Assembly: GCA_003344405.1 (NCBI GenBank)
Contig: NOWV01000020.1
Span: 496,001 to 560,000, forward strand
Direction: 5' to 3'
DNA from: Trichoplax sp. H2
Lineage: Eukaryota
Length of the DNA stretch: 64,000 bases
Below are positions 54,980-64,000 of this stretch, piece after piece. The position numbers and the translations under genes were made by a program. Below the pieces are notes generated by a model. The model was not told the origin of the DNA. It saw only the letters and a list, made by a program, of their open reading frames with translations, and ran no database searches. Each line of letters starts with the position of its first letter. The stretch's first letter is position 1.

Positions 54980-55609
54980 TTATTCACTTTGGGTTGAGAT
55001 GAGGCCTCGAGCAATATCAGTCATTCTGTCATATTTGACTTTACTTTTGTCTAATTCACGTTGTGACCATACTAATAATTTGATTAATTCAGCTACTTTT
55101 GTGGAAGAATTGCAGTCTTCTTCCTCTAAGATGGCCGCATTTAACTCACTAGCTACTTTTTGACGTTGAGATGAGTTTAATAAATCAGAAAAGGATGATG
55201 ATTCTGGTTCTTCAAATGCCAGCAAAGCCATGGTTCGTTCTAATTCTTCTAAAAATTGTGGATTTTCTATCCCGCGATCAGCTAAGTGAGTTTGAGCAAA
55301 GTCTAGCGCTGTTTCGATGTCTTTCTTTCGTATCAATTCGATTAACTTTTGTTGCTGTAAATGAAAATACAATTGTGGATTGGAGTCGAGAATGTCAGGA
55401 TAGACAGCATTGACTAAGTAGATTGCGGTCGAGATATCGCCATCATGGACAGCATTGGTGATTTTCATTCTTTTCTCTAAGCTATCGGACGAAAGTATAG
55501 GAATTGGTGTACCACTTTCTATTTGAAATTTTTCCGCAGCCTCTTTGTATCCTTCTGTGACAAAGTAGTTCATAATAAGACGATTGAGATCGCCCCTTTG
55601 TACCTCCAT
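54980..55609 (-). CDS. GID8: GID/CTLH E3 ligase subunit GID8 (TWA1); LisH-CTLH-CRA domains
   Basis: Uninterrupted ORF: VQRGDLNRLIMNYFVTEGYKEAAEKF (LisH), LYFHLQQQKLIELIR (CTLH), ELERTMALLAF..QRQKVASELNAAIL..LIKLLVWSQREL (CRA). The N-terminus may extend through a small upstream exon. Confidence 0.93.
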   Translation of the reverse strand: MEVQRGDLNRLIMNYFVTEGYKEAAEKFQIESGTPIPILSSDSLEKRMKITNAVHDGDISTAIYLVNAVYPDILDSNPQLYFHLQQQKLIELIRKKDIETALDFAQTHLADRGIENPQFLEELERTMALLAFEEPESSSFSDLLNSSQRQKVASELNAAILEEEDCNSSTKVAELIKLLVWSQRELDKSKVKYDRMTDIARGLISTQSE

Positions 55610-57577
55610 GACAGTTTTTTTTGCCCTTTTTTTCCGATCTACTGTCGGTTACTGGAGTGTTTTCTTCGATGATGGAGTAAGTAAAATCCACAAGAACAGC
55701 GGTTGTAAAGCTTTAGCAGAGTTGTGTCAGTCCAGGCTACCGTCCGCTGGAGCTCATAGCGTACGTACTGTACAGTACATCGTGTTCGTTGCGCGTCAAG
55801 CACAGGTTTTGTCTCTTCTCCAGTAGGTATAGTGCTCAAACCGCTAATCTTCAAGGTGCTCCTTCTATAGCGTTGTATCATGGAAAAGAAACCTGTATGA
55901 TTTTAACAGGCGGCTTGTTGTTTTGCCTACCGTGAAACTTCACGACTTGCTAATAAAACCCATACAATATGGTCCTGATAAAGACAGTATACTGTCCATA
56001 CTAGTCATGTCAGCACTGTACTGTACTGTACACTTTTACAGTGTACAGTGTACAGTATACTGTGCACGATTGGCTATAACACTGTAAAGTATGTACTGTA
56101 GTGTGACAGTCCAACAGTCCGGTATGTACATTGCACAATGGCGATGTCCTCCAGAAAGCAAATTTGCAGCAATTCGATTGATTTATTTTCGGTTTATTAA
56201 TAGCTATTTGTCTGTTCTATATTGCATATTCAATGGCTTTGTCAGCAGACTTTGCTTACTTTAATCTGATGGCATTTCAGCTCTTGCCAGTGTTAGTAAA
56301 ACGCTAATCTAAACTCACAACAACGGCAGGAGTCATTCATTCAACTTTGTTGGAAAGTATCTTAGTGTAGTAAAGTGATCAAGTCTCGACTTTCTATTTG
56401 TCATCCATTAGAGAGTTAATATTAGCGACAAAGATCTGATTTTTACGATCATAGGCTTCATACTGTTACTGCTGGAAAGATAACAGTTCATGGCAAAACT
56501 ACAGTTGAGTAACATTTTCATTGGTAGACCAATCTAAATCCAATTCCTAGATATCAAGTATCCTAGGCATGGACTACTAAATTACATCTAGTAGTCCATG
56601 ATACAAGGATTGGATATTGTTGATTCTGTAAGAGTTGAACTAAATTGATGCTACCTCGACGTTGCTGTCTTGATACTTTTACTCTCGATAACGGATTAAG
56701 AAAGTTATTACATGCAATCAAATGGTGCTATACGGTGCAATAACTTATCATTATAAATCATCTCTTCTACTATTTTTTTATAAGCTAATTAGCATACAGG
56801 CTATAGTAAAGCAGTTGGCCGGTGCCATTGAGTTTATTAGCAATGCATAGTAGGATGCATGTTGCTATAGCTAGCGCTGAGTGTACTGTATTGGACTTGG
56901 AGTATAACCCTGGTCGTTATGCAACTATTAATAATAATAATATCCATCGTTGAACCATTAAGCAAAAAAAACAAACACTATTCCGGAGAGATCGAGCCTG
57001 AACTTGGTGTGCGAAGAGGAAATTAGCTACATCAAATCAGTAGCCATCAAACTCATCACAGGCTTATTACGATACTGAAAATCAAGGAATTATCAACATA
57101 AACTTGTGAGATACTTTGTTGTTGGGGCTCCTATTCTTTGATAGTTAACATACTTTATACAGCAGTATAAATAATTACAATTAAATGAGTTTGTTATATT
57201 CTTGTTGATTGAAACAAGGCTTAACTCCTATTGAGTGTATATTTCTATATGAAACACTGCCTTAATTGGCTTCTTGATACTGCTTTTCTCGCTAATTTTC
57301 ATTCTTCTCACCATCAACTAATTCATGCCTCTTCTCAATTATTGGGCATTCCTATTCGACAAAGATTACTATCCGATAGTGGCGATAGAGGTCTGCAAAA
57401 GATTGTAAATAAATGACCTACTAGACACGTTGATTACAAGCGATTAGAGTAGATTAGAGTAATTCAATTACTGTACTGCACTACCAGCAGAAAACAACTT
57501 TATACCATACTTCGATTATCTTCTAGCGTACCAAGTCAATCGTTATCCCGTTGAATTGATATTATTGATATTCCGTC

Positions 57578-59940
57578 ATGGTATCAACTCAGTCGAGTAA
57601 GCAACAAGATCAACATGATCATTATCGGCGATATCGAAGTCGATTTTACATCATCATGGTGTGCATTTTTATCAGTTATGCATCATTGGTGGTTGGGCGT
57701 CGTGCGTTTGCTTTTTGTAAGCCTGCTATGTTGCAAATGGAAGACTTGGATGAAACCAATCTAGGCTGGATTACATCTGGATTCTATTTGACATATGCGA
57801 TCAGCAAGTGTTTTGCTGGTATCATCGCCGATTCATTTAGCTCACGTTTATTTTACCCTGTTTGTTTGTTCGTTAGTAGCATCTTTTGTGCAGCTTTTGC
57901 AATGTCTACTCAGTTTTATCAGTTGGTTTTATTTTGGAGCTTAGAAGGATTAATCCAAGGTATGTACTATACAATTGTGTTTTACAGGGACGATAGCAAA
58001 AACGAATAAAATAGATCGTGATCATGATTCGATATCCTAATTGTTTACAAGTTGATGGTATGACATTGCCAAGTGATCATCAGTAATACTTTGTGCATAA
58101 ACAATCAATAGGTTTCGCTTGGCCTACCTGTGGTAAATTATTAATGCATTGGTGTCAGTCTGATGAACTAGCAACATGGTGGAGCTTCCTCTCTGGAAGT
58201 AGCAACGTTAGCGGCTTAATTTCTCCAATTCTATTACCTATCATTATCAATAGCTACGGTTGGAGATGGTGTTTCTATGGTACTACTTTACTATTGGTTA
58301 TGGCAGCAGTACTAAATTTCGTTTGCCTTGTGGATTCACCTATCGATATTGGATTATCTCAATATGATGGCGTTATTCAAAGGCAACCTAACGTAAGCCA
58401 AAAAAATAAAAATAACGAGCCAAAAAAGAATCAAGATGAACTCGATGATCAAATCAATTGGTTACACATTGTGGTATATGATCCGCTGCCTAATTTTCTC
58501 CATCTATCATATATGATTTGCACTTTCTTGGAGAAATCTTTAATCGACTGGACACAGTTGTATCTTATGCAAGATAAAAATTACACTGAAGTTTCAGGTA
58601 AATATATCCAACGATGGTTATGTTACTACAATTAGGGTATAAAAACTGACCAAGTAAATAAAACTAATGATTATGTGGTGTAAAATTAATTTTCTGTTAT
58701 TGATAATGGTATCAAAGGATTAAATTATTTATAATCGTAACGATCTTTCCATTAATATCTGAGGATTTGACAAATGCAATTTGCAGCTCAGAAAAGACGA
58801 TATCGATGGACACTACTTACAATTATAATACTTAATAGAAATTACACAAGGTCTTATCGCTATACATTACATTAGCTATCAATAGTAGTCAAAGTTATGA
58901 TTGTATTCTTAGTACTGCAAGTCAGTTGACTTATAATTGGGTAGTTTGTAGAATAGCTGCAATAAATGCTTATTGGCTATTCAAATTATAGCAATAGTTA
59001 AATGTAGTACTTTTTTGTGTTTTATACTGCAGCTGCTGCCGCGATTGGTTCATTCGATATTGGAGGAATTACTGGAACTCTAATAGCTGGTTATATCTCC
59101 GATTCGCTATTGGTAAAGGATTTTTGACAAATGATTTAATGGAATGTACGTGTATAAGTATAATGATACGTGTACTATATTATTTACAGAATTGGCGACG
59201 GAAAGATCGTTCAGAACCACTTAGTGCTAGCGACAGAGTTTTTTTTACCATGTTTATTGCCGGGATATGTTTTATCGCCTTTCTGATTCTTCTCCTTCAA
59301 CCTTCAAATGCTGATATGGTACTTTGCGATTTTACTGCACACGCTGAAACTAGCGCGTATATTGAGTAATATAATACCAGGATTGCTAAAGATTGGAAAT
59401 GTATACTTCTTAAAGTTTGTTCTTGCTCATTTCTTTTTTTTCCATATGATTATAGGTAATTGTGCATGTGTCACTGTTTTTTCTTGGATGTACTATTTGT
59501 GGAATTATCTCATTACTAGGCGTTGTTTCTATGGAGAGTGTCCCTGCTAGTATTGCAGGGAGATCTCATACCGTCTTAACACTTTTTGGCAATAGTGAGT
59601 ATAGATAAATCGATACAATATTAGACAGTATGATAATTATGAGTACGGGTATTGCATTAGAAAGACTAAAAAGTATCACAATTGACAATTTTCTATGAGT
59701 AATCATTCAATATGAATTTATTATGTTGTCGTTATATGTATATTTGTCGATATTCTATCGTTATTTTTTGTCATAGTTGGCGGCATTTCATCTGGCTATC
59801 CGGTTAGTTTAGTTATAAAGATGTTTGGTTGGACACAAGTTATTCGATTATTCACTGGACTGGCACTAGTGCAAGTGTGTTGCATGTTGATTTACTTAAT
59901 AATTAAAAACAATAGGACAAAGAAGATTAAGCAAGCTTAG
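57578..59940 (+). CDS. SLC37A4: MFS sugar-phosphate exchanger, glucose-6-phosphate translocase-like (SLC37/GlpT-UhpC family), multi-exon
   Basis: ISYASLVVGRRAFAFCKP, LGWITSGFYLTYAISKCFAGIIADSFSSR, QGFAWPTCGKLLMHW..ATWWSFLS, DWTQLYLMQDK, SFDIGGITGTLIAGYISD, LLGVVSMESVPASIAGRSH, GGISSGYP. Stop TAG at 59938-59940. Exact orthology is less certain than the family. Confidence 0.82.
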
Positions 59941-61632
59941 AATCCGTTGGTTTAACATTTGGCTTTGAAATACAACTGTTACTCGATTTATCTGATTGTT
60001 TTCTAACCATAACAGACAGTTTTTACGATTTCGGAATTGACTTATTAAAATTTTAAATAAATGAAAACTGAAAGATCGTGAATATCATTACACAACAGTG
60101 CGAATGGTATGAAGAATTAACGAAATAATATTTTCCTGAAATTTTTGAATTATTTGTTCAATATGTAATTTTTCTACTAGCATAATTCAAAAAATTATAA
60201 GATGCTGATTTGGAATAATTGTAAATTCTGCTTTTGTTAGTTTCTCTTTATTACAAGGATACGTAACAATTAGGTCCAATCAGCACGTCAACGTGACCAA
60301 TGTTAATTAACCGATATCAACCACTTTGGGAATTAATCATCCAAGTGTAAACGGTTCGATATCTGTAGATTCAGTTTTGTGTGCGCAGTATGATAGATCA
60401 TACATCTCCATACAATACATTTCGTAAGTTGATCATCATTTGTAAATTCAGTTTGTATGCACAGTATAAAGTATGAGAAGGATAGATCACACGTTTCCTG
60501 CGTGATTATAATTATTAATTAATCACCAAGTGTTATTTTGAAAGAAGGTTGATTTATTGACCTCGAAAGGGTTTATTTATATACCTCGAGTGAAATTGTC
60601 TATTGACTTATCGCATTGCAGTATCCAATAAATTATATCGATGACTTTCAATTCAATTTATTTAAGATTCTTAATAAGTGGTTGTTTCCTGCTAGAAATA
60701 GCATGTACTTTACGTAGAATTATTAATAATTAAAATCGTTCTACGCAAATGTATAATACTGTACATCATATATTTAAGAATGGGTAGTATCTATTAAAAG
60801 TCAGTTGTCCGTATGCAATCATGAAAGGTGCCTTGTTTGTGATTAGACGACTAGACTAAACATCGCTATTTACAGGTAGATTTATTAGAATTTTGCATAA
60901 AGTTAATTAACTCTCCATCAGAATTTCGATTCCTGCTGGTATTATAAAAAAAACGGTAAAGATTTCTGCAATATTTGTGTATTACCTTTTTCTACAAGTT
61001 CTTATACCGTATGATGGCCGACTACGGTTAGTTCAGATCAGTATCAATCGAACCAACGTTAATTAAGTAAAGTTATATTTGGTAAATTAATCATATACGG
61101 GGGGGATTCAGAAATAAATTTGAATTATCCTTGGCAGTAATTGATGAGTTTTTAGTTCAACAAAATTACCTTCACGAATTGATAGCATATATTATTGATC
61201 TTAATATATAATTTACTGTTAATCTATTGTAACATTTACTCAATCGAGTCGATATCAATTCAATATTTTAAGATTACAAAATGTAAAAATAGTAATATCT
61301 AGGTAAAGTAATGTCACAGTAGTTATATACAGGATTGGTTATATATCACATATTTACAAATGGTATCGCTTTGTTACAGTGCCAGTTACCTTACACGATC
61401 TTGAAAATATTTTTAGTTAAAGTATTACAATCACAATGGACAATAACAAGGAATCTGAAAATACGAAATATTCATTGCCGTAGATAGTTACAATTAGACT
61501 GTAGAAGTAGTTTACACATAAGAATCAGTTCTCGATTTCATTTCATATATATATATATATATATACACATAATATACAAAAATATATTGCATAAAGATTT
61601 ACAAATTGTAAAATACTGATTCCATTATAATC

Positions 61633-64000
61633 CTACTGCCATTGATAGTAAATGATATTATGATCTGTAAGTGTACCCAAATAGTGAACATTGCCTGGGA
61701 CGGGTACAACGGTAAAGTCTAACGGAGGTGAGGTTAGTGGTGGTAACGTTTGTACTTCAGCACCAGATTCTGTACTCCATAACTTGACCTTAATTGGTAG
61801 AAAATCGACAGTAAATGCTTAGTTGTCGTAGAAACATAAATCATTTTTTCGTGCAAATTATAGTTATAGTACCGTTTTAGTTGATTCATCCCCAGCACAA
61901 ACGATCGATTTGCCTGGAACTCCAGGATGAGGGTAAAGCATAGAACGAGACAATAATCTGTGAACATTACTACCGTAAAAGGAATGTAACACTTTACTTT
62001 CGCAAGAACGTCCATCAACATTTTCTTGCAACGATAGCTCACATACCTGCAATATTATGTTAAAACAACGAAGTTAATTAAAATACTAATTTTTAATGTT
62101 GTCATTGCTCGTAAAGTAATGGTTTATAATTTGCATACAGAAAACAAGTAGGTCACATTAGGTTGTAATAGAATCTAAAGCGTTACGATAAAATTTTACG
62201 TTTCTATAATTACCATATGCCTAGTTCTTGGGATTGATTGTGAGGGCCTATAGCTAAAAAGGCAATGTCTTGATAAAGGGTCGAATGACATAGAAGTGAG
62301 GGAACCTGTAATAAATCAAGTAATATGTAGTACAAGTTTAAGATAAACATAACGACCAATAGCGGATACCTTCTGGCAGTTGTATTTGGTAAGGCACAAA
62401 CTCGGATAAATTAGCATTATAGATAAAATAACAGTTCCTAAGAGTTCCTGCTAAGATTCCGGCAGCCCTTCATTGTATTATAAGCAAATAGAATTCATTA
62501 CACTGGTTTTGTATAGCTACTTTAGATATTACGATGTAATAATAAAAAACAAAATTAAAAAATATTAAACCAGTTTTATAAAGCCTCTGTCGACATTACG
62601 ATGTGGTAATGAAAAATAACGTTAGTTTAAGATATGGTGCACTAATTAAATAATTATTCATCGTAACCCGTAGTACCATAGGTATGCGTAGTACACAGAT
62701 AGGTTCTTACCCTAAAGTTGAGCTAGGATTATGAGGTACATAGGCTAGAGACACAACAGGACAATTGCCAGCCTGGATAGCTTTAACATGTTCAGAGGTA
62801 TTACGCATGTCATAAACTAAACAGGATCCATTGCTAACACCAGCATATATATAGTTTGTATCCACTGTATTCCAGGCGCATGACCATACAGGCAATTCAC
62901 ACTTATAGCTTTGGCGATATTGTGATGATGAAATAAAAATATTTATTTTTATTATGTAGATAATATTTATAACGTGAGATGGTTAAGGTCTCGGAATAAT
63001 AACTTGGTAACTTACGTTTGCACAACATTGTCCGTCGACATGCTAGTAATTTTAAGGGTTTTATCTAGAGATGCGCTCAAGAGCAGATTATCGCCACTTT
63101 GGTTGAATTTAAGGTCTCTGATATCTTTATTATGTAGTTTTAGAAAAAAGGGATTTCGCACATCTAGTGAACTGATCTGCAATGTTATTAATGCAAAGAA
63201 AGACAATACTCAGAAAATTGAAGGCTAGCATAAAAAATCGACTATGTAATAATAGTGTATTTTATGAGATAAACATTTAAATGTTAGAAAAGAACCTTGA
63301 CGATTCCAAAGCCAGGAAATAAGCGATTTTGAGATGGCTTGGAAACTAACAAGTTTGCCGAGCAGACGTCGAATGCCATGACTCTACAGTTTCCTTGCTA
63401 AAAATGCATAATGCATATACGTAGGTAACCATTACACAGTTATGTTACACGACATTTGAGATAGTCAATTTACCATCCACATTATTGAACGTCTAAAATG
63501 GAACAAAGTCCGAATCCATTCTAACCTGTGATATTTGGACAGTAGTCTTATAATGGTAACCGGATGGCATTAATTTTGCCTTTTTAGGCGAATTTTCATA
63601 TAAGTTTCCCTTGGAACTGAAATTAAAAATTAAATGATGAACTAAAGTTATTACAAGTAAAAGTGAATGGAAACTACTACCTGTACAACTTAATGAAACT
63701 TTATGCTAGGTTATTGCGATCACGTTACAAGTTTTAATACCTGCTAGCTGATTGACCTTGATGTTTACCGACATTTCTTTCATCTTCTTGAGCTATCTTT
63801 CTTTCATATTCTTTGTTAACCAATTTAAGTTGTTCTACATGTTGCTCAGCAGCTAGTCGAAGCATTCGTTCTCGTTTCCAGTCTTCTACAGCTCGATCTC
63901 GCTCCGTTGTATCAATCACTTTAATACTTTTAGCGAATAATATTCGTATGTCTGATTTTTTAGAGAGAGCATTGCATTGGGGACATTTCGCAGAATTTCC
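61633..64000 (-). CDS. RFWD3: E3 ubiquitin ligase RFWD3 (end of RING, coiled coil, WD40); 5' part lies beyond the window
   Basis: Minus-strand exons: KCPQCNALSKKSDIRILFAKSIKVIDT plus coiled coil, SQNRLFPGFGIVK, LHNKDIRDLKF..LLLSASLDKTLKIT, PVWSCAWN..YIYAGVSNGSCLVYDMRNT, TSMSFDPLSRHCLFSYRP, CAGDESTKT|VKLWS..YLGTLTDHNIIYYQWQ. Stop at 61633-61635. Confidence 0.9.

Noticed and set aside
62309..62369. Possible U12 GT-AG intron in RFWD3 (donor GTATCCGC on the minus strand)
   Set aside because: The donor departs from GTATCCTT and no CCTTAAC branch site was seen, so it is treated as an ordinary intron.

Overview
AT-rich, intron-dense animal DNA, not prokaryotic. Compact genes and short introns resemble a placozoan such as Trichoplax (inference only). 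Reading exons by hand gives eight protein genes: ARHGAP39-like WW-MyTH4-RhoGAP (+), dihydropyrimidinase (+), a Sushi/cbEGF receptor tyrosine kinase (+), a sacsin/NO VEIN-like GHKL ATPase with a C-terminal DUF3883-type nuclease (+), PSMD2/Rpn1 (+), GID8 (-), an SLC37A4-like sugar-phosphate transporter (+), and the 3' part of RFWD3 (-, running off the window). The most notable locus is the 4.1-kb ATPase-nuclease reading frame. It appears intronless, looks like bacterial conflict proteins, is broken by one in-frame TAG, has a splice acceptor just before its ATG, and lies downstream of a C-depleted block. Other highlights are two U12-type AT-AC introns and a GC-AG intron in ARHGAP39, an unusual RTK ectodomain, and CAGTA/TACTG-rich islands upstream of housekeeping genes. 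All family assignments rest on recalled motifs, not database searches.
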